DNA of 64,000 bases from an uncultured bacterium (GTDB taxonomy: Bacteria > Krumholzibacteriota > Krumholzibacteriia > LZORAL124-64-63). The stretch's first letter is position 1. Each line of letters opens with the position of its first letter. Shown one piece after another: positions 1 to 10,488 of the stretch. The translations under genes were made by a program, and so were the position numbers. The stretch covers positions 26,942 to 90,941 of the forward strand of contig CAVYVY010000007.1 in the NCBI GenBank assembly GCA_963772145.1. The letters are read 5' to 3'. A model generated the notes under the pieces. The model searched no databases and had not been told where the DNA came from. It worked only from the letters and a program-made list of their open reading frames with translations.

Positions 1-1183
1 GCAGGAGTGGTCCCGGCACTGGGCCCTCGGGCCGGGGATCGATTTTTTGAACCACGGATCGTTCGGCGCTTGTCCGACGGCGGTACTTGAAGAGCAGGCT
101 CGGCTGCGCGCGGAGATGGAGCGCCAGCCGGTGCGCTTCCTGTGGCGAACGCTCGAGGCGCGACTCGACGCGGCACGTGCGGAGCTCGCGGCGTTCGTCG
201 GCGCGGATCCGGAGGACCTCGTCTTCGTCAACAACGCCACCACCGGCATCAACGCGGTGCTCGGCTCGCTGCGCTTCGCGGCGGGCGACGAGCTGCTGGT
301 CACAGACCACGAGTACAACGCCTCGCGCAACGTGCTCGACTTCGCGGCGACGCGTGATGGCGCCGTGCCGGTGGTCGTGCCGATACCGTTCCCCATCGAC
401 GATCCGGAAACCGTCGTGCGCGCGGTGCTCGCCCGCGTCACCGAAAGGACGCGGCTGGCGCTGATCGACCACGTCACCAGCCAGACCGGACTCGTGCTGC
501 CGATCGCGCGCCTCGCCGCGGAGCTCGGGGCGCGCGGGGTCGACCTGCTGGTCGACGGCGCGCACGGGCCGGGCATGCTGCCGCTCGATCTGCGCCGGCT
601 GGGGGCGCCGTACTATGCGGGCAACTGCCACAAGTGGCTCTGCGCGCCGAAGGGGGCCGGGTTCCTGTATGTGCGGCGCGACCGCCAGGAGACGATCCGC
701 CCGCCGGTCATCAGCCACGGCGCCAACTCGCCCCGCACCGACCGCTCTCGCTTCCGGATCGAGTTCGACTGGGTCGGCACCGACGATCCGACCCCGTTCC
801 TGTGCGTGCCGGCGGCGATCCGCTGCCTGGGCGCGCTGCTGCCGGGCGGCTGGTCCGACCTGATGGCGCGCAATCGTGCCCTCGCCCTCGCCGCGCGCCG
901 CGCCCTGTGTGAGGCGCTGGGCGTGCCGACGCCGTCCCCGGACGGGATGATCGGCGCCCTCGCCGCCGTGCCTCTGCCCGACGCCGACGCGCCGCCGGCC
1001 CCCCCCCTGTTCCTCGACCCGCTCTCCGCCCGGCTCGAGGATGTCCACGGCATCGTCTGTCCGGTCTACCCGTGGCCGCAGCCGCCGCGGCGCGTGCTGC
1101 GCGTGGCGGCGCAGGCCTACAACACGCTGGAGCAGTACCAGCGTCTGGCGGGGATCCTGCGGGGGGAACCGGGACTGGCGTGA
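1..1183 (+). CDS. Class V PLP aminotransferase (cysteine desulfurase / isopenicillin-N epimerase-like), 5' end outside the window
   Basis: ORF 47..1183. The frame stays open back to base 2, and WALGPGIDF precedes the listed TTG. Motifs: FLNHGSFGACP, NNATTGIN, HKWLCAPKGAGFLY (PLP-Lys region). Confidence 0.8.
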   Translation, partial: QEWSRHWALGPGIDFLNHGSFGACPTAVLEEQARLRAEMERQPVRFLWRTLEARLDAARAELAAFVGADPEDLVFVNNATTGINAVLGSLRFAAGDELLVTDHEYNASRNVLDFAATRDGAVPVVVPIPFPIDDPETVVRAVLARVTERTRLALIDHVTSQTGLVLPIARLAAELGARGVDLLVDGAHGPGMLPLDLRRLGAPYYAGNCHKWLCAPKGAGFLYVRRDRQETIRPPVISHGANSPRTDRSRFRIEFDWVGTDDPTPFLCVPAAIRCLGALLPGGWSDLMARNRALALAARRALCEALGVPTPSPDGMIGALAAVPLPDADAPPAPPLFLDPLSARLEDVHGIVCPVYPWPQPPRRVLRVAAQAYNTLEQYQRLAGILRGEPGLA

Positions 1184-1187
1184 CCGC

Positions 1188-1859
1188 TCAGCGCGCGATC
1201 TCGTCCGTCTTGCGCGCCACCACCTCGACCACGCCGTGCCGTTCCGGCGCTGCGGCGCCGTGCGCGTGCCTGGGGCCGGCAGCCTCGCAATGGTGCAGCA
1301 CGTCCCAGCCGATCAGCAGATCGAGGATTTCGTGCCGCGCCAGGAACGTGCGCACCAGCCCGCCCGGACCACGATACGAGTGCAGCCCGATCCGCTCCCA
1401 TTGATCGCGGCAGGTGTCGTAGGCAGGATCGTCCACATGGATCGAACTGAGGAACAGCAGGCCGCCGGGCGGAAGCCACCCCATCGCGCGGTAGAGCAGA
1501 CTGGCGCTTTCGCGGCGGGTGAGACCCTGCAGGCGGTCGAAGGCCAGCACCGCGTCGAACGGTCCCTCGAGTGCGGAGTTGAAGACGTCGCCGTCCGGAA
1601 GTTCGAGCGCCAGTTTCTCGCGTGCGGCGGTTTCGCGCAGCCGCTCCAGCGCCGCGGGGGCCGCCTCGATCGCCGTCACCAGCCAGCCGCGGCGCGCCAG
1701 GAGCAGCGCCCGCTCGCCCTGGCCGGCGCCGATTTCCAGCACACGGCCGCCGGGCCTGATGCGGTCGACGAAACGGAGCAGCAGGGGCAGCGCCCCCTCG
1801 CCGCACGGACCGGGAATCGGCGGGGGCAGGGGCTGGGGCTGAACGGCATCCTTCGACAT
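1188..1859 (-). CDS. SAM-dependent methyltransferase (TehB-like class I fold)
   Basis: Internal ATG at 1859 of ORF 1188..2072, preceded by GGAGGGA. Motif I is VLEIGAGQGERALLLARRG. The upstream part of the ORF is Arg-rich junk. Confidence 0.75.
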   Translation of the reverse strand: MSKDAVQPQPLPPPIPGPCGEGALPLLLRFVDRIRPGGRVLEIGAGQGERALLLARRGWLVTAIEAAPAALERLRETAAREKLALELPDGDVFNSALEGPFDAVLAFDRLQGLTRRESASLLYRAMGWLPPGGLLFLSSIHVDDPAYDTCRDQWERIGLHSYRGPGGLVRTFLARHEILDLLIGWDVLHHCEAAGPRHAHGAAAPERHGVVEVVARKTDEIAR

Positions 1860-1968
1860 GGTTCCCTCCAGGGGGAGCGGCGTCCGGAACGGGCGCACGC
1901 ACAGGCTCATTCTAGCACGATCCCCACCGTGACGGACGGGCCGGAAAGACCCGGTCGCAGCGCCCCGA

Positions 1969-3552
1969 TCAGCGCGACCGGTCGCGTGGCCGCGGCGCGG
2001 GGCGATCCAGTTGGCGAACCCGCGCCTCCGGGCGCGTGTCGATCCGCCCCGCCTGGCGGATCGCCTCGACAACGGCGTCGGTCACGCCGACGCCGACGCA
2101 GGTCGTCTGCGGCGGCGCGAAACCGAAGTACTCCTTCGCCTGCAGGCAGACATAATCCGCGGCCGCGGCCCGGTAGACCCGATCCGCCCGCACCGGTCTG
2201 CCGCCCACGCGCACATCCTCCACCTCGATATGGTCGCCCACCCGGCGCCAGCCGTAGGTGAGTCCCGACATCTGCAGGCTGCCGTCGTGGCCGCCGGCCG
2301 ATTTCGCGTTCGTTTCGGCGATGCGCAGCAGATCCCGGCCGGTCAGGTCCCAGGTGACCAGCGTGTTGGCGAACGGCAGGATCTCCATCACGTCGAGCAG
2401 GCGGATCGGACCGGCGGGCAGGTCCTTGCGGATGCTGCCGGAGTTGAGGAACGCCACCTCCGCGCCGGCGCGCGCGCGCAGCGCGTCGGTGATCCAGTTG
2501 CCGAGGTTGCTGCCGCCGGCGCCCCGCCGCGTCCACGGGGTGACGAGCGTGGCGATCGTCCGCCCGAACTCCGCGTCGATGCGCCGCGCGTGGCGCTCGG
2601 CCAGCGCGACCAGCTCCGGCGGCGCGCCGGCGGGGTCGTCGGCCGTCAGTTCGATCAGGCGGCCGTCGTACCGCACGACCCGACCGTCTTTCACCAGAAG
2701 GTCGAGCCGGCCGAGGTTTTTCAGGCCCGATCCGGCCTGCACGATGAGGATGCCCCCCGCGAGCTTCGGCTCCTTCAGCCGGGTGTGCGAGTGGCCGCCC
2801 ACGATCACGTCGAGCCCGGATCCGGCCAGCCGTTCCGCCAGCGCCTCGTCGGCCGGCGCGCCGGAGTGGCTGATCAGCACCTGCAGGTCGGTGCGCGGCA
2901 GCAGGTCGGCCAGCTGCTCGCGCACGACCGTCTCCTGGTTGCGCAGCGACAGCCCGCCGGTCCGCGCCGGCGAGGTCACGTCGAACAGCGTCTTGCACGA
3001 CACCCCGATGATGCCGACGCGCAGATCGCCCCGCGTGATCACCAGCGGGCCGGCGGCGAACAGCGGCTGGCCCTGCTCGTCGAGGATATCCGCCGCGATG
3101 ATGCGATAGTTCGCGCCGGCGGCGAGCGCCACGAGCGCGCGCGCATTGTCGCGCCCCTGGTCGAACTCGTGGTTGCCGACGACACCGGCATCGTAGCCGA
3201 CGAGGTTGCGCAGCTCCTGCCAGGCCGCCCCCACGACCCCGTTTTCGGCGAGGTCGCACAGGATGTTGCCGGTCATGAAGTCGCCGGCGTCGAGCAGCAG
3301 CGACGGCGGTCCCTCCCGCCGCTCGCGCGCGAGGTGCGCCGCGAGCGCCACGATGCCCCCGACCGGCGCCTTGTCGTCGCGCCACTGCGCCGGTTCCGGC
3401 ACGAATCCGCCGTGCGTGTCGTTGGTGTGGAAAATGGTGACGCTGTACGGGCCGGGACCCTTGACGGGCGCTTCCTGGGCGAAGGCGATTCCGGCCGCGA
3501 CGACGAGCCACAGTCCGACGGCGGCAAAGCTGCGAAGACCCTTGAACGACAT
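1969..3552 (-). CDS. Secreted bifunctional metallophosphatase / 5'-nucleotidase
   Basis: ATG at 3552 within ORF 1969..3693. Signal peptide MSFKGLRSFAAVGLWLVVAAGIAFA. Calcineurin-like motifs HTNDTHG, GDFMTGN, GNHEFD, GGHSH, followed by a 5'-nucleotidase-type C-terminal domain. Confidence 0.85.
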   Translation of the reverse strand: MSFKGLRSFAAVGLWLVVAAGIAFAQEAPVKGPGPYSVTIFHTNDTHGGFVPEPAQWRDDKAPVGGIVALAAHLARERREGPPSLLLDAGDFMTGNILCDLAENGVVGAAWQELRNLVGYDAGVVGNHEFDQGRDNARALVALAAGANYRIIAADILDEQGQPLFAAGPLVITRGDLRVGIIGVSCKTLFDVTSPARTGGLSLRNQETVVREQLADLLPRTDLQVLISHSGAPADEALAERLAGSGLDVIVGGHSHTRLKEPKLAGGILIVQAGSGLKNLGRLDLLVKDGRVVRYDGRLIELTADDPAGAPPELVALAERHARRIDAEFGRTIATLVTPWTRRGAGGSNLGNWITDALRARAGAEVAFLNSGSIRKDLPAGPIRLLDVMEILPFANTLVTWDLTGRDLLRIAETNAKSAGGHDGSLQMSGLTYGWRRVGDHIEVEDVRVGGRPVRADRVYRAAAADYVCLQAKEYFGFAPPQTTCVGVGVTDAVVEAIRQAGRIDTRPEARVRQLDRPAPRPRDRSR

Positions 3553-3711
3553 GTTGAACCCCGCGGGCTGAAGGAGTGGTTCGGCGCCGGAGCGCCGGAC
3601 ACATGATATTGCGATTCGTTCGTGAAACCATTGCCGCCGTAGCAATCTCCAGAAAACCCCCCCCATGCCCCCCGTCTCCAGCCCCCGACGCACCCCGCCG
3701 CGAACGCCCCC

Positions 3712-4420
3712 CTAACGGCCGTCATCCCCCTCCGCCCGCAGGTGCAGCAATACCTCGGCGTTGCCCCCCTTGCCTCCCGGAACCGGCGACGGCATGGTCG
3801 CCACGACCCGGCACGGGGGCGCCAGACGACCCAGGCGCTCCAGCACGGCGGCCAGCACCTCGGCCACCCGGGAGGCCGGCAGCACCCCTCCCTCCAGCCA
3901 GTCGGGCGGCGCCTCGTAGTGCGGCTTGAGCAGCGAAACGACCTCGCCGCCCGGCCCAAGCAGCCCCAAAGCCCGCGGTACGATCCGCTCCTGCCGCGTC
4001 CAGCCGACGTCCACCACGACCAGGCCGCACGGCTCCGGCAGCACCGCATACAGCGCGTTCGTCCGTTCGTGCACGACCACGCGCGGATCGGACCGCAACC
4101 GCCAGGCGAGCACACCATAGCCGGTGTCCACGGCGTGCACCCGCGCCGCGCCCCGGCGCAACAGCACGTCAGTGAAGCCACCGGTGCTGCAGCCGAGATC
4201 GGCGCAGATCCGTCCCCGCCGGGTCGATCCCGAAGCGGGCGAGCGCCGCGTCCAGCTTCAGGGCGCCCCGCGAAGCCCACCCGGGTCAGCCGCTTCTCTG
4301 CGTGTCGTCCTGGTCGGTCATCGCCACCTCGCGCCGCAGCATAACATTGCCGGACGCCGCCGTCGCCACCCGGCGATCAGAAGGGACGCCGCGCGCCCCG
4401 GCGACGCCAACTTGCCGTGA
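3712..4420 (-). pseudogene. tlyA: TlyA-family rRNA 2'-O-methyltransferase, frame-disrupted with no clean start
   Basis: ORF 3712..4167 gives the FtsJ-like domain. ADLGCSTGGFTDVLLRRGAARVHAVDTGYG continues upstream past the listed Met. SRGALKLDAALARFGIDPAG and the S4-like KLASPGRAASLLIAG lie in other frames upstream, so there are at least 2 frame breaks. Confidence 0.6.
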
Positions 4421-4519
4421 ATATGGAATATCTGCTATCCTGACTCCCGGTGCGCCCGGGGTCGTGGCGCAGTTTCGCTACGTCACGCCCTCCCTCTCGC
4501 CTCGCCCGGCAGGAGAGCC

Positions 4520-5809
4520 GTGAGAAGCAAGAGCCTCCAGGCACACCTGCCGATCCTGCTGCTGCTGATGGCCGTGGTCTGCGTGGCGTTCGGCGGCACC
4601 CTGTCGGCGCCGCTCTGGGATCCGCTTTCGTTCGGGATCCTGCACGATGCGGAACTGCTGTCCCGCGATCCCGGCGCTGATGTTCCGGCACGGCGGCAGT
4701 CTGGTCAGCCAGCCGCTGCTGCAGCTCCTGTTCCTGGCGCAGTACCGCCTGTTCGGACTCGACCCGTTCGGTTATCACGTGGTCAGCCTGCTCGTGCACG
4801 CGCTCAACAGCTTCCTCGTCTACCTGCTCGTGAACATGCTGTTCCCGCGCCGACGGCTGGCGGTGCTGGCCTCGCTCCTGTTCGCCTTCACGGTGGGCAG
4901 CTACGGCAAGGTGCTGCTGTCGCTGTCGAGCCACGAGGCCCTGGTGCTGACGCACCTGTACCTGCTGGTGCTCTACTGCATGATCCGCAACGACTTCCGG
5001 CACGGCGGCCGCGTGCGCTCGCGCTGGTTCTGGGGCGCGCTCGGCCTGTACGCCGTGGCCGGCCTGACCGCCCAGGCCACGCTCTCGCTGCTGGGGTGCC
5101 TGCTCGCCTACAAGTATTTCTTCCACCGCGGCGCGCGGGCCGCGCGCGGTCCTGTCGCCCGACCTGCTGATCCTGATCACGATCAGCGCGCTGTTCTTCG
5201 CCGCGCAACATCGCTTCGGCCAGCCGCCGCAGATCGACTTCTCCGCAGGCGGCGGGCCCCTGCGCTTCACCTGGATCTCGTTCAAGAACTTCTTCCGCTA
5301 CCTGACGCTGATGCTGTTCCCGCTGCAGCACAGCCCCCTGCTGCAGCGCACGGACTCCTTCGTGTACGCGCTGTACGAGGCCCGCACCGTGATCCGTTTC
5401 TTCCTCGCCCTCGCCATCATCTCGTTCAGCTTTTTCGGCTTCGTGTTCGGCAGCCCGTCGATCCGCTTCTTCATCGCCTGGACCTACATCACGCTGCTGC
5501 CGTTCACCGGCATCGATGTCCGCGGCCAGTGGCTCAACCTGCGCTGATCTCTACCTGGTGGCGCTCGGATTCTGCGTCGTCCTCGCCGCGGGCGCCGTCG
5601 GCTGCTCCGATCTGCTGGCGCGTCACCGCATCCGGCGTTTCGTGCCCTTCCTGGTGCCGGTCGTGTTCGTGATCGGCGCGCTGTCGGTGACCTACCAGCT
5701 CGACCAGCAGAACCGCCGCCAGGCGCGCACGCCGGCTACCCGGGAAATGCTCCGGGTGCTCGAGGAAGCGATCGCCTCCCCGGACGCGGATGTGTTGTCG
5801 CCGCGGTGA
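4520..5809 (+). CDS. Polytopic membrane protein with PMT/ArnT-like (GT-C) N-terminal region, frame-disrupted
   Basis: Fragments 4520.., 4647..5672, 5311..5547 and 5516..5809 join into one hydrophobic protein. The motif FGLDPFGYHVVSLLVHALNSFLVYLL is typical of GT-C / TPR-associated mannosyltransferase-like proteins. At least 3 frame breaks. Confidence 0.55.
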
Positions 5810-5975
5810 GCCGCAATTGCTCGCCGGCCCCCCCTTGCGGTTGGCTTTCCGGGTGGCGCCCCCTATCTTTGGCCCTCGTGACCCTTGCTGACGCATCGAT
5901 CCCGGCCTGCACAATTCGCGGCGATCCCGGTCACCGGGCGACCGCGCCGTACTGTTGACCACCGACTCGAGGAGG

Positions 5976-7107
5976 ATGGCGACCATGGCGAAGTATCGGA
6001 TCGGCTGGATGCCGGGCGACGGCATCGGCATCGACGTGATGGAGGCCGCGCGCCTCGTCCTCGACAGGATGCAGCTTCGACGCGGAGTACGTGCACGGCG
6101 ACATCGGCTGGGAGTTCTGGTGCAGGGAGGGCGACGCCTTCCCCGCCCGCACCGTCGAGATGCTCGGGAACGTCGACGCCGCGCTGTTCGGCGCCATCAC
6201 CTCGAAGCCGGTCAAGGCGGCCGAGGCGGAGCTCGTTCCGGAGCTGCGCGGCAAGGGCCTCGTCTACCGCTCGCCGATCGTCCGCATGCGCCAGCAGTTC
6301 GACCTGTACGTCTGCCACCGGCCCTGCAAGGGCTACCCCGGCAACCCGCTCAACTTCAAGGAAGGGCATCGACCTCGTCGTGTTCCGCGAGAACACCGAG
6401 GACCTGTACGCCGGCGTCGAGTTCAACCCGGTGCCCGACGCGCTGCGCGACACGCTGAACAGCCTGTCGAAGAACTTCGCGCCGTTCGCGAAGCTGCCGG
6501 GCGACGCCTACGCGATCTCCTGCAAGATCAACACCCGCAAGGGGAGCGAGCGGATCATCCGCGCCGCGTTCGAGTTCGCGCAGCAGCACGGCCGCAAGAA
6601 GGTCACGATCGTCCACAAGGCGAACGTCGTGCGCGCGACCGACGGCATGTTCCTGGAGATCGGCAAGGCCGTGGCGAAGGAGTTCCCCGGCATCCAGGTG
6701 GACGACGCCAACATCGACGCCATGACGATGTGGCTGCTCAAGAACCCGTTCAACTACGACGTGCTCGTCGCGCCCGAACCTCTACGGCGACATCATCTCC
6801 GACCTCTGCGCCCAGATGGTCGGCGGCCTCGGCTTCGGCTGCTCCGGCAACATCGGCGAGAAGGTGGCGGTCTTCGAGCCGACCCACGGCTCGGCCCCGA
6901 AGTACGCCGGCCAGTACCGCGCCAACCCGCTGGCCACGATCCTGTCGGTCAAGATGATGTTCGACTTCCTCGGCGAGAAGGCGCATGGGCGAGCGCCTCG
7001 AAGCCGCCGTCGCCGCGGTGCTGAAGGAAGGCAAGGTCCGCACCTACGACATGGGCGGCACCGCCGGCACCATGGACATGGCGAAGGCGGTGGCGGACAA
7101 GCTGTAG
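5976..7107 (+). CDS. Isocitrate/isopropylmalate dehydrogenase family protein, frame-disrupted
   Basis: [30 protein letters not shown], then [65 protein letters not shown] and a C-terminal ..[21 protein letters not shown] ending at TAG 7105-7107. The pieces are spread over four frame switches. Confidence 0.8.
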
Positions 7108-7141
7108 CGGCCGTCGCACACCGAAGTGAGAGACCGAAGGG

Positions 7142-7176
7142 CAACCGGGCACCACGAGGGGCCCGGTTGTCTTGTC
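7142..7176 (+). terminator. Candidate intrinsic terminator after the dehydrogenase gene
   Basis: 9-bp GC stem CAACCGGGC (7142-7150) / GCCCGGTTG (7161-7169) with a 10-nt loop, followed by TCTTGTCC. Confidence 0.45.
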
Positions 7177-7276
7177 CCGGAGCATGGACACGGCCCGACG
7201 CCGCGACCGCGCCGGCCAACCCGCTAGCGAATGTCGAGGGGTCTGCCTTCGCGGATGTCGTCGTAGCAGCAGACAA

Positions 7277-7744
7277 TCATGCCGTCCTGTCCCTCACCAC
7301 GAGATCCACCTCGCAGTCGAGCGCCTGCAGCAGCGCAAGCATCTGGTCGACCGACTTGCGGTAGTTGGTCTGGTCAAGCAGACGATAGAACTGCGTTGCC
7401 GAGGTTCGCATGCGACGGACCAGTTCGCGCCGGCTCAGCGCGCTGTCGGCGAGCCGCCTCTGCGCCTCGATCGTCAACCCGTACAGCAGCATGTCGCGCA
7501 GGTAGCCAGGGTCCCGATTGTAGTCCAGGACCTGTTCGATGTGCACGGTGTCGCCGCGTCCAGACGCGAGCGCATAGGTAAAGCCCTCGTTCCCGACCTC
7601 GGCATCCACCGTCGCGTCCACGACCGGGTCACCCTCCGATGGCCCGATGTCGAGCCGGGCGTAGGGGTACCAGTAGGCGCACCGGAAGGTCCGCACTTCG
7701 AAAGCCTTCCGCCGGTTGTTTGGAACGACGCGCCTGATCTTCAT
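7277..7744 (-). CDS. DUF2442-like N-terminal domain fused to a C-terminal helix-turn-helix (putative antitoxin/regulator)
   Basis: ATG at 7744 overlaps the upstream stop (ATGA). C-terminus [43 protein letters not shown] looks like an XRE-type HTH. Confidence 0.5.
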   Translation of the reverse strand: MKIRRVVPNNRRKAFEVRTFRCAYWYPYARLDIGPSEGDPVVDATVDAEVGNEGFTYALASGRGDTVHIEQVLDYNRDPGYLRDMLLYGLTIEAQRRLADSALSRRELVRRMRTSATQFYRLLDQTNYRKSVDQMLALLQALDCEVDLVVRDRTA

Positions 7745-7998
7745 AGCCGTCCCTCGGACTCGAGGATGGCGATGATCGTCATGATTTCCCGCGAGGCCGT
7801 GCCTCGCATCGCCTTCTCCTCTTCGAGATCCCATTTCAACACGAGCTTCCCGTCGCGATACACGTGAACGTGTCGGGGGGTGTGGTCCCCCCGCCAGGCC
7901 ACGAAGACGAAACCCGCGCGACGGATCCTGACCAATGAAATGCTACCTTGGGAGGTAACGGAAGTCAATGGGCAGCGCGGGGAGGTGCAATCAGGCAA
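7741..7998 (-). CDS. DUF4160-like small protein
   Basis: ORF 7741..7998. The core GFVFVAWRGDHTPRHVHVYRDGK resembles the DUF4160 H-x-P-P-H-x-H motif. The true start is probably internal and uncertain. Confidence 0.5.
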   Translation of the reverse strand: MPDCTSPRCPLTSVTSQGSISLVRIRRAGFVFVAWRGDHTPRHVHVYRDGKLVLKWDLEEEKAMRGTASREIMTIIAILESEGRL

Positions 7999-8156
7999 CG
8001 CCGCGGATCGCGGGGCTCAACAGCGTGCAACAATGGGACCACACGACCGGAACCGGCCCCCGTGGCCGGAAAGGGCGGAATCCTGATCGAGCACGGATCC
8101 CCGCGTTGCCGGCGGGAGACGCCCGGAGCAGGAACCGCACCTCCCCGCGATCCGCC

Positions 8157-8876
8157 CTAGATCACCCCCTGCTCCCCGCCCCCCGTGCGGCGGAGCGCCT
8201 CCCTGGGCCTCTCGTGGAACTCCACGGCCAGACCGAACTGGACCGAGGTCTCGCGGACATAGCCGTCATCCCAGCCCAGCCAGCCGATCTCGGGCCGCAC
8301 GGCCCAGCGGCGGTCTGCCGGGCCGATGGCCAGGCCCAGATGGCGCGCGCGCAGCGGCCGCATCCCGCTGCCGGCAAGGACGTACATCTCGATGTCCCCG
8401 TTGAGGTCGAACCCCGGAATGATGGGCAGAGTGGCGATCACTCCAGGGTGGAACTGCAGCAACCGGAAACCGATGTCGCCGACGTACCAGCTCACCGGCA
8501 GCCCGACGGCCAGATGATCGCGCACGATCGGGACCTTGAGGCCGGCCCCGAGCACGCCGCCCAGGCCCTCCCCGTTGTCCGGGCGCAGGAACGACAGCTT
8601 GACATGCCCCTCCAGCGGTGCGGACCCGCCCAGCCGTGACCGGCGCCGGAACTCCAGCATCGACCATCCGGAATCGCGGTCTTCGCGGAAATCACTGTGC
8701 GTGACGGCGGCGGTAACCTCCGGCCGGTCCGTTTCGGGGATCCGCGCGGTCTGGAAGGAAGAGAATGTCAGGCAGCCGCCGCAGCACAGGAACCCTGACA
8801 GCAGGAGCGGCCACACGTGGCGGAAACGTGCGGAGCGTCCGCTGCGGATTCGTCGGACATCGGCGCGGAGAAACAT
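8157..8876 (-). CDS. Hypothetical lipoprotein / small outer-membrane beta-barrel-like protein
   Basis: ATG at 8876 preceded by GGGAGG. Signal sequence with a Cys cluster (LLLSGFLCCGGC). Alternating Gly/aromatic beta-strand-like segments. The rest of the 657-aa ORF 8157..10130 is out-of-frame overlap with the next gene. Confidence 0.5.
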   Translation of the reverse strand: MFLRADVRRIRSGRSARFRHVWPLLLSGFLCCGGCLTFSSFQTARIPETDRPEVTAAVTHSDFREDRDSGWSMLEFRRRSRLGGSAPLEGHVKLSFLRPDNGEGLGGVLGAGLKVPIVRDHLAVGLPVSWYVGDIGFRLLQFHPGVIATLPIIPGFDLNGDIEMYVLAGSGMRPLRARHLGLAIGPADRRWAVRPEIGWLGWDDGYVRETSVQFGLAVEFHERPREALRRTGGGEQGVI

Positions 8877-8914
8877 CGGCACCTCCCTTCGGGTGACGGG
8901 CCCGGGCCCGCATT

Positions 8915-9851
8915 CTATCCCGCGCAGAGGCGGTCGGCCAGCGCCGCGATCCGGTCGCGCCACGCCAGGCGCGCCAGCCACTCCGCCGGCAGGCCGCGCT
9001 CGCCGAAGCAGGCGCCGGCGAGCTGGCCGTAGATGGCCGCCGTCGTGTCGGCGTCGTCGCCCAGGTTCACGGCCAGCAGACAGCCGTCGCGGAACGAGTC
9101 GGCCCGGGCGAACGCCCAGAGCGCCGCCTCGAGCGAGCGCACCACGAAACCGGAACCGCGGATCTCCGGCGGCTCGCGGCGCCGGTACGAGCCGGCCGCG
9201 ATCTCCGCGATCTCGGGGTGCAGCGGCGCCTCGTCCCAGCAGCCGGGATACGGCGCGAAGCCGGGCGCAAGCAGTTCCTCGCGCGAGGCGCCCCCCAGCG
9301 CGCCGAGGATCAGCCCGGCAAAGAAACGGCAGGCGTCCACGGCGGTGGCGGCGGCGTGGGTCGTGCGCGAGCTGTCCGCGGCCACCTCGATCGCGCGCCG
9401 CGGATCGCGCGCGAAGAAGAGCGGGACCGGAGCCAGTCGCATGAGCGAACCGTTGCCGGCCTTGCGTGGATCGGTGGAGCCACAGAACGACTCGCCGGTC
9501 CGCTCGAATCGTTCCAGCGCTTCCTTCACCGTACCGCCGCAGTCGAAGCAGGTCCCCGTACAGCTCATTTCGCCGTCGCGGTACCAGCGCAGATAGCGGC
9601 GCAGCTGGTCGACCGGATCGCTGCCGCCGGTCTCGACCAGACTCGTGGCGAGGCAGAGCGCCATGGCGGTGTCGTCGGTCCACTGGCCCGGCGCGAGCCG
9701 GAAAGGACCGCCGCCGATAAGGTCGGTCACCGGCGGAAATGACCCGCGCGGCTTGAACTCCACCGCCGTGCCGACAGCGTCGCCGCACGCCAGGCCGAGC
9801 AGGGCGCCGCGGCAGCGGTCGCGCGGCGGTGGAGCGGGTCCGCCTCGTCAC
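8915..9851 (-). CDS. ADP-ribosylglycohydrolase family protein
   Basis: ORF 8915..9763 has GQWTDDTAMALCLA, GNGSLMRLAP and NLGGDADTTAAIYGQLAGA. The conserved N-terminus RDRCRGALLGLACGDAVGTA lies upstream of the listed GTG with no in-frame start. A GTG at 9851 overlaps the upstream stop (GTGA) but sits one frame off, so one indel is inferred. Confidence 0.75.
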
Positions 9852-10300
9852 TTCGGCAGCCTCCCCAGCAGCCCCTTGATCGTGCGGTGCAGCCGGTGGA
9901 TGCGGCCGGCCGGTTCGGCGAACATCAGGATGCACTCGCCATGGATGGTCGACACGCCGTGCGCGGCGCAGAAAGCCAGCGCCGCGGGCGAGTCGGCCCC
10001 CTGCTGCATCCACACCCGGCGGATCCCCGCCGCGGCAGCCTGAACGACCAGCTTCTCTGTCTGTTCCGGCGGCACCACGAGGACGAGGCCACCCACGCGC
10101 GCAGGCAGATCGGCCACGGCGCGGAAGCACGGCACCCCGTCGATGTCCCGCGTCTCCGGGTGCACCGGCAGCACTTCGCGCCCCCGCCGCCGCAGAGTCT
10201 TCAGGACGGTATTGCCGAAGCTCTTCTTTTTGCGCGACACTCCGACAAGGGCAAGCGTTTCCTGGGCCAGGAATTCATCGATGGCGGCTCGCGAGGTCAT
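9848..10300 (-). CDS. CoA-binding domain protein (YccU-like)
   Basis: ORF 9848..10300; LALVGVSRKKKSFGNTVLKTL..VLPVHP..VPCF pattern of the small CoA-binding family. Confidence 0.7.
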   Translation of the reverse strand: MTSRAAIDEFLAQETLALVGVSRKKKSFGNTVLKTLRRRGREVLPVHPETRDIDGVPCFRAVADLPARVGGLVLVVPPEQTEKLVVQAAAAGIRRVWMQQGADSPAALAFCAAHGVSTIHGECILMFAEPAGRIHRLHRTIKGLLGRLPK

Positions 10301-10488
10301 GCCGCGCTCCTTGGTGATGTATGGTGCGAGGTCGACTAACGGACACTCTTCATATCATGGTCTCCGGCCCCTCCCGCTTCAAGACACAGATGGCCCGCGG
10401 CGCGATCGACGTCTCGCCGGCCCGGTCGATCGGTCCATCCGGCAGGCGGCGCGGCCGGCCCCCGTGGCCGACCGCGCCGCGCCGCTCG

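Noticed and set aside
3601-3625. parS-like half sites, such as ttcgttcgtgaaacc near 3606 and gttcacgtggtg inside dnaA near 47754.
   Set aside because: Only one half of the palindrome matches the consensus TGTTTCACGTGAAACA, and the sites lie in unrelated contexts.
9761-9851. A single in-frame TGA separates the CoA-binding ORF from the conserved N-terminus of the ADP-ribosylglycohydrolase (TGA RGGPAPPPRDRCRGALLGLACGDAVGTAV..), with no ATG, GTG or TTG in between. This could suggest stop-codon readthrough, recoding or a fusion protein.
   Set aside because: A GTG at 9851 overlaps the TGA (GTGA), the same coupling used by atpZ/atpI, and is only one frame off. One indel between 9851 and about 9823, of the kind pervasive in this assembly, restores a normal start. 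TGA is used as an ordinary stop throughout the window.
8157-10130. A 657-aa ORF spanning three genes.
   Set aside because: Only its last 239 residues (from ATG 8876, which has an RBS and a signal peptide) look like a protein. The upstream part runs out of frame through the ADP-ribosylglycohydrolase and CoA-binding genes.
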